Source of the DNA: Lingula anatina
Taxonomy: Eukaryota; Animalia; Brachiopoda
NCBI GenBank assembly: GCA_051362555.1
Contig: CM120642.1
Span: 13,950,001 to 14,014,000 of the forward strand
Direction of reading: 5' to 3'
DNA length: 64,000 nucleotides
Below are positions 1 to 12,019 of the stretch, one piece after another. The notes under the pieces were generated by a model. The model was given only the letters and a program-made list of their open reading frames with translations. It had not been told where the DNA came from and searched no databases. Both the position numbers and the translations under genes were made by a program. Each line of letters opens with the position of its first letter. The stretch's first letter is position 1.

Positions 1-166
1 ACGTATATCCTCTTAATTTCAGTTTTGTTGGCAAATATGATCGAGCTAGAATTTTGATCATTCAATCTAGATTAAAGGTATCAGTGTTTATCGCCATCTT
101 TTAATTCTTATTTTATTGATCTGTATATTTATTTACTAATTTTCTTTTTGCCACGTTTGTCAGTGG

Positions 167-589
167 ACAGTCGGCATCAACAAATGTACACACGCAATGT
201 GTCAGCCTCTTCTACAAGTCATTTCTTCCGTGACACTTAGACTGGGTTCCCATGCCTAGATCGATCCATCTGGATCGACCTAACTCCCTGGGGAGTCTCA
301 CTAAATTGCTATCAAATAACCGGCTTATATCTCTGTCACGCCTACCGAATCAGCTAGGGGGTAAAGATAATTACCCCCTAACAGCTTTACTAGGCGTGAC
401 AGACATTTTAGCCGGCCAAGTTGACAGCAATTTAGTGAGACTCCCCAGAGAGATAGATCGATCCAGATGGATCGATCTAGGCATGGGAACCCAGTCTAAG
501 TGTCACGGAAGAAATGACTTGTAGAAGAGGCTGACACATTGCGTGTGTACATTGTTGATGCCGACTGTGGGAATGTGGGAATGGTCTCC
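167..589. mobile_element. Rearranged PIF/Harbinger-type MITE copy inside a ~400-bp palindrome
   Basis: The core (GATCGATC, TAATTACCCC, GTGAGACTCCCC motifs) is shared with copies at 8953, 13451, 14928 and 28864. About 167-278 is the near-perfect reverse complement of about 457-567. The family right end TGGGAATGGTCTC lies at about 577-589. Confidence 0.8.
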
Positions 590-1868
590 AAGTGTCTATC
601 CCCTAGAATCATCAACCCAGAAAACACGTAACGTTACAAAACCGTTACCATAACGTTTATATGACTAAAAAACGTTATGGTGACGTTGCAAAACGTTCTG
701 TGTTTGCTGGGAACAATGATAGATTCAGTGGAAGAAAAAAATTCTCTTTATCCAAAACAATATGGCAGAACCAACACCTCCTCTCCCCCCACCCTCACCC
801 CTAAAATAAGAAAAGAAAGACTCACTAAATTGCTATCAAATAACCGGCTTATATCTCTGTCACGCCTACCGAATCAGCTAGGGGGTAAAGATAATTACCC
901 CCTAACAGCTTTACTAGGCGTGACAGACATTTTAGCCGGCCAAGTTGACAGCAATTTAGTGAGACTCCCCAGAGAGATAGATCGATCCAGATGGATCGAT
1001 CTAGGCATGGGAACCCAGTCTAAGTGTCACGGAAGAAATGACTTGTAGAAGAGGCTGACACATTGCGTGTGTACATTGTTGATGCCGACTGTGGGAATGT
1101 GGGAATGGTCTCCAAGTGTCTATCCCCTAGAATCATCAACCCAGAAAACACGTAACGTTACAAAACCGTTACCATAACGTTTATATGACTAAAAAACGTT
1201 ATGGTGACGTTGCAAAACGTTCTGTGTTTGCTGGGAACAATGATAGATTCAGTGGAAGAAAAAAATTCTCTTTATCCAAAACAATATGGCAGAACCAACA
1301 CCTCCTCTCCCCCCACCCTCACCCCTAAAATAAGAAAAGAAAGACTCACTAAATTGCTATCAAATAACCGGCTTATATCTCTGTCACGCCTACCGAATCA
1401 GCTAGGGGGTAAAGATAATTACCCCCTAACAGCTTTACTAGGCGTGACAGACATTTTAGCCGGCCAAGTTGACAGCAATTTAGTGAGACTCCCCAGAGAG
1501 ATAGATCGATCCAGATGGATCGATCTAGGCATGGGAACCCAGTCTAAGTGTCACGGAAGAAATGACTTGTAGAAGAGGCTGACACATTGCGTGTGTACAT
1601 TGTTGATGCCGACTGTGGGAATGTGGGAATGGTCTCCAAGTGTCTATCCCCTAGAATCATCAACCCAGAAAACACGTAACGTTACAAAACCGTTACCATA
1701 ACGTTTATATGACTAAAAAACGTTATGGTGACGTTGCAAAACGTTCTGTGTTTGCTGGGAACAATGATAGATTCAGTGGAAGAAAAAAATTCTCTTTATC
1801 CAAAACAATATGGCAGAACCAACACCTCCTCTCCCCCCACCCTCACCCCTAAAATAAGAAAAGAAAGA
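297..1868. repeat. Tandem triplication of a 524-bp unit (297-820, 821-1344, 1345-1868)
   Basis: Identical text recurs with period 524; ORF starts at 677, 1201 and 1725 confirm the period. Confidence 0.95.
615..711. mobile_element. Small hairpin MITE with CCCAG(C)AAACAC termini (EnSpm-like), repeated in each 524-bp unit
   Basis: ACCCAGAAAACACGTAACGTT...AACGTTCTGTGTTTGCTGGG imperfect TIR with AACGTT subrepeats. A related copy lies at about 32558-32636. Confidence 0.6.
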
Positions 1869-3005
1869 CCTTTTCTTTTACTTGAAAGTGAAAACCCATC
1901 CCATGTTTTAAAAATCTGGTCATAAAATAGCATAAAAATCAAATGTGCTACTAACTTCCGCCAATGTGCCATTTTTCAAATCAGTGCTTATAAAAGCTAA
2001 ATCTATAGAACAATATGTGGTTGGTTATTGCAGCTATTCATGCGAAAAATTATAATTTGGAATTTCGTGAGAGGCTGGCTGTGATGATACGTTTATATCA
2101 CCGCTCAAATATCTCAACAGCAGTTCTGTAGTAAACAAGGGGGAGGTTCTTAAAATACGAGCCCTTGTCTCCCCTTTGATTAAACAACTTGAAGAATGGC
2201 ATGGAGCATATTAGATCAAATTTTGACTCAGAGTGAACCTTCTAAAACCCTTTTCGACCAAAAGGGTGGTTCCGTCATCCCCCAACCCCACCCCCACCTC
2301 TATGAGCCTCAGGTTCAGGTTATTATCGTGTTGAAATACTCGACATGAGTATGTCAGCATGACCAACATACAAAAACAGTGAATGTTGAAGTTATAATAA
2401 TCAAATATAAAATTAGTTGTTAAGGAGAAAAGGAAATGGAGAGGGACCAAACCATTACTTTTTCGTTATATATTTTACGACAGATAAAATAAACCGTTAT
2501 GTTGTCTTTCGTCATTCCAGCGTTTTTTTTTTAATTTCCCTTCTTTTTGAATCCTAAGCGAAACTGCTCAAAGTAGCGATATGTGGTATTTGCATTACTA
2601 GCACTTGTCCTTTCAGTGGATATATTTATCCAATATTAAACAGTGACGAGTTTCGTATATTATAAACACAGTATAATAAGTGCACATACCTTCTTGACAG
2701 TCGATGGAATTAAGCACGGCGCAGTGCAGCTTCACCTTGTTGCTGTATCATTGTCGCATCGGGACAGAGTTCAAGGCGTTTAACCTGGTCCCATCATCTT
2801 ATCGAGCTGTGCCCGGGAGTTCGGCAAATGTCTAAAACAGATGTTAGGTTCGTGCACTCCCCATTATGGCTGACTATCTTTTTATTTAATTTAGTCGTGT
2901 CATACAAAGGAACGACCAAAGAGCAAAACTACACTCTCATTATGAAGTGTTTTTGCTTTTTTTTTTTTTTCTTTTTCTAGGAAAATGTTTTTATTTTATT
3001 TTATT

Positions 3006-3036
<31 letters not shown>

Positions 3037-3176
3037 TTATATTTAAAAGAGTTTGGAAATGTTGGTTTATTCATTTCACTATATTTTCTTCGAGACCAGT
3101 TCCATTTGCTGGCCGCCCCAAACAAAACAATGTCCATCATTTTTCTCATAAAAGAACAGAGAATGTGTTTCATCCA

Positions 3177-3388
3177 GGGCACATCCAGAATCCAGAGCAA
3201 GTTGATCTGTGAACTAACAGATCTGCGGATCAAATATACCCGACCCACTTGAAAGCTTGCAGCATAATCCCCTGATAGGCACAGAATAGATTCCCCGAGG
3301 GATTACGCGGCAAGCTTATTAGTGAGCTGGCCATATTTGATCCGCGGATCTGTTACTCCGCGGATCAACTTTGATTTTGAATGCGGCC
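3177..3388. mobile_element. Palindromic MITE (Harbinger-like)
   Basis: Arms AAGTTGATC...CAGATCTGCGGATCAAATAT...AAGCTTGC and GCAAGCTT...ATATTTGATCCGCGGATCTG...GATCAACTT. Right end GAATGCGGCC is followed by TTA. Confidence 0.6.
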
Positions 3389-3721
3389 TTATGTAGTCGC
3401 CAATAAGTTGATTCAAACTCCACTTAAGTGAATAGGGTGGAAAATAAGACAACCTAGGAAAGATAGGCCTATAGGTATTTTGTTTAATCTGAATTGTAAG
3501 TAGAAGCACAAGAAATAAAGAAAACATTTTTTGACTTTCACAATATCAGCAAGTCAAGCAGTCAATATTGAATTACATGTAGCTCAGTTATATCAGCATG
3601 CATAGGCCTATATCATGTATATGTTGAAATTTGATTAACAGCATGCGAAAAACAGACTAGACATATTATCGTAATGCTTGTATTTGCACGGACATATCCA
3701 TAGGGTATATATATGAATTCT

Positions 3722-3772
3722 GTTTTCTGCCAGCTGTTTCGGCCTGAAGGCCTCATCAGGGGCGTAAACAGA
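3722..3772 (-). ncRNA. Degenerate minimal type I hammerhead ribozyme in a Penelope 3' region
   Basis: Minus strand reads CTGATGA-GGCC-TTCA-GGCC-GAAA-CAGCTG-GC: core, perfect stem II and palindromic stem III. The cleavage triplet appears mutated (GUC to GGC). It lies just downstream of the Penelope ORF relic. Confidence 0.7.
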
Positions 3773-3974
3773 TCTAATAAAAATACAGAAAGTGGACAGT
3801 GGCTACAAACGGATAGATCTAATGCGATATGTCGCGTCAATTTGCGAGTGACGTTTGCGCTATGTACATCATGTGCACTGGTAACAAAGGAATGCGGCTA
3901 TATTATGTAATAAATGAATGTGATTTTATAACATAATAAATACAGAAATATCTTCGGAATATCAGAAGTTGAAA

Positions 3975-5215
3975 GAGCAAAGATTTAGCAGGTATTTTCT
4001 AGAATGTCTGCATTTACTGATGAGTTCTGTTTTAGAGTTCAGGATTTTGTGTTTTTCCGTCGTAATAATGTAAAATTTTCCCCATAGGCATAGCTGGCAT
4101 CGTTTAGTAGTATTTATATTTGAATATGGTCGTGCTTTCCTTAATAGTGTCCCTTTCAGCCAATAATTAATTTTTGTGTCCTTAAAAGTTCAAATATAGT
4201 TGCTTAATGAGGGTTGGTGTCCTTTGACTAGGCAGCTGAAAGTCTTGTGGTTATTATATCTATACTTAAATTCACATTCAGAGATGCCAATATATTCCTT
4301 TGTTTAATTTTTTGTTGCCACTGTTGCATTATAAATTACATTTTTTTCTAGACATTTGCCATTCATTTGGGCATTCACTTTTTATACTACAGTTTCAAGT
4401 TAATACTTCTGATACAATGTCAGTAGTCGTACTGTTATTGATTATACTGTTGTTCTTAGCTTTAATGATTTGGGCAATTTTGTCCATACAGCTATAGCTG
4501 ATTTTAATGTGTTTTTGTTTAACATCTTGCACAACAAAGAACCTGCTGGGAAATGAGATTTAACAAGCTGTAAAAAGGCTTTAACAACATTGGTCTGTAC
4601 AATTCCACTAAATGGCGGATTGAACCATCAGATATTTTTTTCTTGTTTTCGCAGTAAACGTTTGTATAGTGGAGTGCGTGGTGGAAACCAGCTGACTCGA
4701 GTGCGCCTTGGTACTTTCTATTTGCTGCCCCTCGGAGATATTTACGAATTTAGATGCGAAAGCAAATGCATCGTTGAATAGCTTTTGAGTTATTTCGAAC
4801 GTCAGAAACGTGTAGTTTTCCTTATTTGTTAGTCCTTTGAACAAGTTTATAGCCGAAACGGTGTCCTTTTATTGGTTAACTCTCGTTTTTAGCGGCAGTT
4901 CTTTGTTAATTCTGTTCAGTGTTTTGTTACTAATTTCCCCGATGTTGCTTCTGGCCAGGTTTATTAGTCTGCATTGGACGTTGTTGGAAATTGTCTTTGT
5001 GGTCTTTGACCGTAATCAAAGCTTCATTCTCACCTCGGTTTTCAATGCGGTTGTCTAATTCCGGTTTGCTTGCAATTGAGTTTAGCTTCGTTTGTTGATC
5101 TTATTTTTTAGTTTCATCAGGTGCTCTGCCTTTAAGTACAATAATAATAAAAGCTTCATTCTCACCTTGGATCTCAATACTTTCGTCTAACTCCAGTTTG
5201 CTTGCAATGAGTTTA
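3975..5215 (-). mobile_element. Penelope-like retroelement relic (GIY-YIG endonuclease end and upstream ORF parts)
   Basis: Minus-strand translation LLRKARPYSNINTTKRCQLCLWGKFYIITTEKHKILNSKTELISKCRHSRKYLL is the typical Penelope C-terminus. Frameshifted elsewhere. Confidence 0.85.
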
Positions 5216-5219
5216 GTTG

Positions 5220-5920
5220 TTAAATACAGCAGGGCACCTGACGAAACTTAAAATAAAGATTGGAAGACGAGGAGGAAAAACTAACTGTGACACCAGCCAA
5301 AACCACTGCTTTTCCACAAACAACGGTTAAAAAGAATGATTCGGATTTGTTCGACATCACAAGGGGATCGTAGGACGGTGCTGATGCGAACTTGTTGGGC
5401 TGATTTTAGTCGACAAGATCAAGGAGTTTATAGGCCTCACCATCCTTAGGAATCACTCAATGTCACACGTCAGCAACATAGCCAAAGGTTTTATCTCTAC
5501 CAAGAAACAAATTGGATTAAAGGTCACAACCAACATCTCACACAACTCCGTTAACTTCTTAGACGTGCCATTTAACCTAAAAGACGGATCCTTTGGATCA
5601 TACAAAAAAACCTAACGCCGTTATACTGTATGTGCACCGCAAATCAAGCCACCCTGCTATCCGAACTCAATAAACACAAGAATATCCACAATTTCCAGCG
5701 ATGAAAACATGCTTGAAGCAGCAAATAGAAAGTACCAAGACGCACTCGAGCCATCTGTTTCAACAACAAATTTCACTACACAAACGTTACTACGAAATCA
5801 AGAAAAAACTCGCAAATAAATATCTTATGGTTCAATCCCTAGAAATGCAATGTTGGTAAAGCCTTTCTTTCAGCTTATTAAATCTCATTTCCCAGCAGAT
5901 TTTCGTTGCACAAGACTGAT
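5220..5920 (+). mobile_element. Penelope-like RT relic in inverted orientation
   Basis: TTGTTCGACATCACAAGGGGATCGTAGGACGGTGCTGATGCGAACTTGTTGG corresponds to a decayed LFDVTMGSYDGAE-CELVG motif; VNFLDV motif at about 5550. About 5810-5915 is an inverted homolog of about 4525-4650. Confidence 0.75.
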
Positions 5921-6519
5921 AAATGAAATTAATGACTAAAATTTTGTTTTAATAACTTAAGGACAGTGAGTCCTGTATCCTGGTGGTAAGATTTCGATAC
6001 ATTGTAGGTACATCAGTCTTGGCATAATTCTATAAAACTTTGCGAACCATTCCGTGTGACACGATAATCTGTCTGGCAGTGTCTGTCTTTTTCACGCCAT
6101 TCTGGCACAGATAAACAATATTAGCCTAGCTCATTTTACGCACTGCAAAACCGACCGCTTGCACGCAAGATTTCAATTTCATCTATGCAGTAGTTGACGA
6201 CATATGGGTATGTTTGGTTAGAACCATGCTTCGCCAAAGTCAAGCTCTGACCGGACATATTACGCAGCAGTGTTACAGCCATGGTAGTCAGTTAATTGGT
6301 AGCGACACACTTTTCCATTCACATATCTCATATGAGATCTAAGCATTTTGAAAAAGAGAATGCATTTTACCTAGGCATACCTTCAAAAGTAAAACTTGCA
6401 TATTAAATGTCAAGTCTGTATAAGGCCCGTTCAATAAAATTAAGAAGAGGACAATCTTTTAGTTAAAGGTGAACTAGTACTGGATTAATGTTGACTATGA
6501 AAAATGTTCGGTTTTTAGA

Positions 6520-6812
6520 AGTAAAAGTAAAGTTCTTGTATACCGCACTCAACATGCATCTCAGTACGGTTTACATTAGACGCTTTTTTTCCTGGGGAGG
6601 TTACATCCCAGCTGCCTTTTGAGACGCTGAAAGCTATTAAGCTTTCACTGCCAAACGAAGTGCCTTTCCCCTGCTTCAACCCCTAAGTGCTGAGTGTCAA
6701 ACGGGAAGACAGCAGTTACCAATTATGAAGTATTGGTGTGTCCCCGAAACGGGTCGAGCCCACACCTTCCTGCTTTGATCCGGAGGCGGACGGATATTTC
6801 GGTTTACACCAA
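6520..6812 (-). mobile_element. tRNA-derived SINE with Meta-like central domain and L2-type tail
   Basis: Minus strand: B-box-like GGGCTCGACCC, then ACACCAATACTTCATAATTGGTAACTGCTGTCTTCCCGTTTGACACTCAGCAC, then tail GTAAACCGTACTGAGATGC...GCGGTATACAAG and (CTTTTA)n. Confidence 0.65.
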
Positions 6813-8545
6813 TTAACAACTGAAGTTTTTTGGGGAAACGATTTGCTGTTCGGACCGTACATGTAAAATATAATAGTGGGATACAACGCAAACGTGTAGA
6901 TCTTAAAATATATAAAGGGGGACATTCTATCCACTCGCACGCCATTGTTTTTCCTTGGTAGGCATCAATTTTCTTTGACTGAGGTTTGCAGGCAAACTCT
7001 GTAATTATCTTTTTTTCAATGAATTCATTCCACTATGTACGTAATACATAGAATCTTCATCTTCAGACTCGCATAATTAGGCTACGGGTGCTTTTAAATG
7101 ACATGTTGTAAACATAGGAAGTATTGAAAATAATTTACATCATTCCTAATCCATTGGTTTCAAGCTCACTTGGACTTTTGGGGAAGTATTACCATACCAG
7201 TTCATATCATTTCAATTATTAAATTATATTATCAAGACGTGATTGAACTAGGAACAATTCTTCCGTCGTATTCCCTGTATTCTTCGTAATCAAAACGTTT
7301 AAAGTTATAACACGAATGTGAATGATGTCAAGTTGAATATGCTGTGGATTTAGCAAATGAAAAATAACTCTAGACCATGATAGTGTTTCCCTGTGGCATT
7401 TTCCCCATGTAAGATATTTAAAACCCAATTGACAGTCCGTTAAACGGTTTGCCTGAATTCTGAAATGGATATGTAACGAGAATCATGAATAGCCCACCAT
7501 GTAGCTGAAATCAGTGAAACGGTTTGAATAGACGAATTGATCATTTCAGGCAAGCAATTCCAAGAGTGTCAATTTGATAATAGCATGTTTTATTCGTGTT
7601 TTTAGACGATCGAGCGTAAAAAGCGTTTTTGATTGGAACACTCCGATTGAAACCATTTCAATAAAAAACAATAACGCACTGCTTTTTTTATTCTATGCAG
7701 AGGAAGAATCGCGTGCGTAGCTCATTTTTATGCACGGTGCTTGGCATGGCGTTAGAACAAACACTGCACTCAAGAAAATCACACTTTCTAGCCTGACAAC
7801 GATCCAATTTGCAGTTCCAAGATACAAACTATACAAGTTTACTTTTTTGAACGATGATATAGGTAGTTTGATTCGTCAGCTTTGTATGAAGAAGTGTTTT
7901 TGAGCAATATGACCATTTCTTCAGAATGAGGACACATACATACAGAATGAGGAGACAGAGAGAGGGATAGAAAGGTTGAGAGAGAGAGAGATGTTGTCAC
8001 ACAAGCTGTTTTTTTTTTTATTTTGCTACCTGAGGGAGGATTGCAAAATAACAAGTTTGATTTTTTTATTCTGCATGTGACTTTGCCCAAATTCTAAGTT
8101 AACTGGAGAGCAGTGAAATCAGAACTGATTGTCAATATCATAAAAAAAAAACAACTTGAAGATTGACAACTGTGAAATATATTTTTGAAACCACTAAATA
8201 ATTTTCGCTTTCGCGTGATATAAAGGGAACGCAGCTGTTTCAGAAACAAAGAATCAGTTGGAGCTGAGAATTTGAAATAGAACAAACAAGTCATTTATTT
8301 TCCGAAGGTTCATTTAGTGGCCACGGCGTCGACCTCAACAGACCTAGGCTATTGCCGTTTTATGTACATCTATATGACATAAAGTACAGTTCAGTCAACT
8401 GGCACAATTATATAACACTGGGTTTATTGCATCTCAGTTCTATGTATGGTACATGTACATTACGAGAACCAAGTTTTATTAAAGCAAACCCGCTAATGTT
8501 ATTCAGACTCCAGGTATTTCTACATTAATCCCATTACTGGATTGT

Positions 8546-11500
8546 CTATTTTCCGATACGCAGATTGCCCATACTTAAGCCGCCTCTTCCTTTGTTTGGC
8601 TTGAGGTTAGAGAGCATCTGTGCAAGCTGGGACAACGACACATCCTGGCGTTTTGTAATGCCTAGAAAACAATAGAACAAAATTGTTATATATTTTTCAT
8701 TAATAAATTGATACCCAATGTTAATTAAGCACACACACACGCGCGCGCGCGCGCGAGAAAGAGAGAGAGAGGGTTATTAAATAGAGATCCAAGCAAGTTG
8801 GATTGAAACACCCAAAATTAAGTACCCGATGTGGCGTTCAATTTTAATTCTTAGTGAAGAGAAGTAAAATGCGGTAGTGCCTAGTGTGATAGTAAAACAA
8901 AAGAGTAAAGAAAGCAGATTGGCAGAAGAGCAGAGACAGACAGATAAACTAAGGGTGCATTCCCAGAGATTTAGATCGATCCAGAGATTAAGATTTAGAT
9001 CGACCTAACTCCCTGGGGGTTCACGCTAAATTGTAGTCAGCCGAGCGCGCACGACAGTTAATTACCCCTTTACAGCTTCAAGTAGGCGGGACAGACGCTT
9101 ACGCCGGCTAAGCTGACAGTAATCTAGTGAGACTCCCCACAGGGATAGATCGATCTAAAATCTATGGAAATGGGGTCTAAGAGAGACAGAGAGAGAGAGA
9201 GAGAGTAGACCACATACCTGCGTATTTGTTTATTTTGATATATTGAGAATCCAAAGCAGGTTCAAGGAAACTGTCTGTCTGATATCTATGGCGTCTCTTG
9301 CTGGGCATGCTGGCGAGTGCTTTGATTTTCATTGCATTAAGGTAAGAGTCCAAGATGTCTTCCTCATTTCTAGTGAGTTCCGTAGAGTCGGTTTCATGGC
9401 GGGTCACCAGGTGATAGCCTTGAAGACCAGAGTTTGTACCGTCAGCATTTTCCGTGCCATCCCCTTCACTGATTAAGACTGAAATAGAAAAAATGGTCAA
9501 CATCAATAATAATATTTATTTTGCACAGCTGCGACATAGAGTTGGTACCATGTGATAAGTCAGTTGATTATAAACACCACTTAAAAATGAAGAATTTATA
9601 AAATATGACATGTTTATCAAGTATAAACTATTTACATGAAATTTATTAATGATTTTACCATGTGTGACGAGAACAAGATCTTCATCAGTTCGTCGATATT
9701 AAATATGATTTACCAAAGATTCTATTTTCTGTATAACATTAATGGGGAACTTGATTTGGAACAAATCTGAAAACCTTTGAAAACTGCTTGAACATTTGTT
9801 ATTCTAAAATCAGCCTATGACGTATTTAAAAACAACAAAGTGGCAAAGAAGTGCTAAATGGAGCAGTGGAAGATGATGCTTAACAACGAATAAATAAAGG
9901 CCAAACAAGTTTTAGACAGAAAAAAATGAAAATAATGATCTCATTAATCTGTATACATACATGCCTCTATTAAAAACACAGAAGCAAAACATCAAACCCA
10001 ATTTTAAGTTTTTCGTCAATGGCGAAAATAGGCCAAATTAAAGAAAAAAAACGTCATCGTCAATTATGTAATAAAGGAAACAGCTTTTGACAATCAGTAA
10101 TTATATAGTAAATTGATATCATTAAGACAGCGGTTTCATTAGACTGCTGTTTTATTTTTTCCAAGAAAGGCATAAATTGCTAGTGTGGAAAGCCATATCA
10201 CATCCTGTGCACGTCACCAGTGAAAAGGACATTAAAATGTTATTTTTGTAAATGGGCCGCCATGGACATAAAATAATGTTAAGGGTATTGTAAGCCTTTA
10301 TTATCACCCAGCTACCGAAAATGAGTTTTTTTCCTGCTTCCAATTATTGAATAAGTCATCTACTTTTGGTTTCAGAGTGCTAGATGGTGTCATTATTTTG
10401 GCGCTAAAATGGTGTCCGTGGGTGCCCAGGTTAAGGAGAAATTTGAGAAACCGATTTTTCAATTTTTACCCCAAAATCGCAATTATGATGTCACCCGTAA
10501 GATGACATGAATATTTACTCACTAAACACTGAAGATTTACCTGCTATCCAAAGGAATGTATTTAAGGCAGTAAACAAGAAATTTTTGGCAAAGGCTAACA
10601 GTATCCTTAAGATATCATTAGGTGCCATTCAAAACGTGTTTAGATTAGCTCTTGGAATGTTCGACGGGAGAACGCCAATTTTCTCTTTGAGGTGCACAAT
10701 TATGCCATATTCTGATTTTAAGCTTGCAATTGTATAGAATATTGAAGGTTATAAAAAAATAATGGTATTGTCAAGGTGGAAAAAATTAAAGGTATCGACA
10801 AACTTTCTTATTATTTGTACAACTTGTCCAAATCGATACTTCGGCTCAATTTTACAAGGCCGGAGAAAGAGAGGGAAAGGAAGAATGGAGGGGGGAACTA
10901 AGTCAGTATCACTAATATTGTGATTAAACAGATATGTTGATCATTAACAAAAGACACACGTATTTCTCCACAAGCTTAATCTGGACAAACAAGACACTCC
11001 TTACTGAGCCACAAAGTGCATGAATCCGTTCTTTTCCTGTCTCGCAATACATAATTTATTCCAACTCGCAGTAGGAAAAACGTGATGCTGTTGCCATAGT
11101 TGGAGGTTATCCAAGAAATCAAGAAGTTATTATCATTATCCTGAACTTGTGAAATCGAAACAAGCACACATGCCTTATAATCACTGGCCTCATGACAACT
11201 TCCACCCTCTTGCAGTTATCAGAGTAGAACTTGTGAATATCATTTAGGCTACGAACAAACTAAACTCCCCAAAAGTTGTGTTATGCTCTACGGAAAACTG
11301 AATGTAAAATGTATGCTAATTTTACGCAACCAACCTCATATCGGTGCTATTTTGATATACCAACTTATAGCTCGAGTCATCATAGATATGGTTATTTCTG
11401 TCAGCGTCTTATTTCTTTAAACACCAGACCTTAATTGTATCATAACTGTCACTTAAATGCTTGGAAGTCGGCATCACCAACCAAGTGTCCAAGAGGCATA

Positions 11501-12019
11501 GGTTCGAATCAATTACTCTCAATTTCTCGTTAACTTTTCAGAAAAATATTTACGAAAGTACATGCTCAATGCAAGAAAAAATGTTTGTGCGCCTCAGCCG
11601 CTGACAGCGCTGCTTGTTGATTAATATCTACACATTGCGTCCAACTCTTGCCCTTTAATGATTGAAATAAAGGAGTTTCGCTCATGCATCATCCACCGTT
11701 TCAGCACAAACGGTCAAAATGTTTTAAAAAAACACCAGCCAGCAAAAATGCAGTTTTACTTTACAAACAGCTTAACCACTGCAACTGGCGACAGAATACC
11801 CAAAATATGTACAATATTTGTTGATAGAAAATGACGATTCTTAACTCGTCACTTACCATAGTCATCTTCTGGGTTCGTTGTTAAGGAATTTTCGCCTGTG
11901 TCCAAGAGCCGACTGTTGTCCTCAGAATAGGTGGACGGGTACGGTGCCGCGCGCAGTGTCGTGGTGAGAAGAAGAATCCCAACACACATTCGGGTAGCAC
12001 AATGTAAACACGTTGCCAT
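8546..12019 (-). CDS. Neuropeptide precursor, 179 aa, predicted mature pQDVSLSQLAQMLSNLKPNKGRGGLSMGNLRI-amide
   Basis: Exons 12019-11857, 9478-9218 and 8661-8546 have GT/AG boundaries and compatible phases (540 nt). Signal-peptide-like N-terminus (MATCLHCATRMCVGILLLTTTLRA), acidic spacer, KR cleavage, N-terminal Gln and terminal GK-stop amidation signal. Confidence 0.85.
8953..9177 (+). mobile_element. PIF/Harbinger (Tourist-like) MITE, 225 bp
   Basis: Flanked by TAA/TAA. Imperfect TIR GGGTGCATTCCCAGAG / CTATGGAAATGGGGTC. Near-identical to 14928-15152. Lies in intron 2 of the neuropeptide gene. Confidence 0.85.

Noticed and set aside
297-1868. CRISPR-like array
   Set aside because: The units are identical with no unique spacers, there are no cas genes, and the context is eukaryotic.
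252-1925. Repeated 123-aa ORFs
   Set aside because: They are by-products of the 524-bp tandem repeat built from MITE sequence, with no protein-like features.
2070-2090. 12-nt match to miR-2 (ATCACAGCCAGC, minus strand)
   Set aside because: The rest of the mature sequence does not match and no convincing hairpin is present.
9660-9695. Second hammerhead-like CTGATGAAGATC on the minus strand
   Set aside because: The GAAA and the 3' side of stem II are missing, and there is no Penelope context.
11610-11720. RE1/REST-like motifs in the neuropeptide intron
   Set aside because: Only partial matches with wrong spacing.
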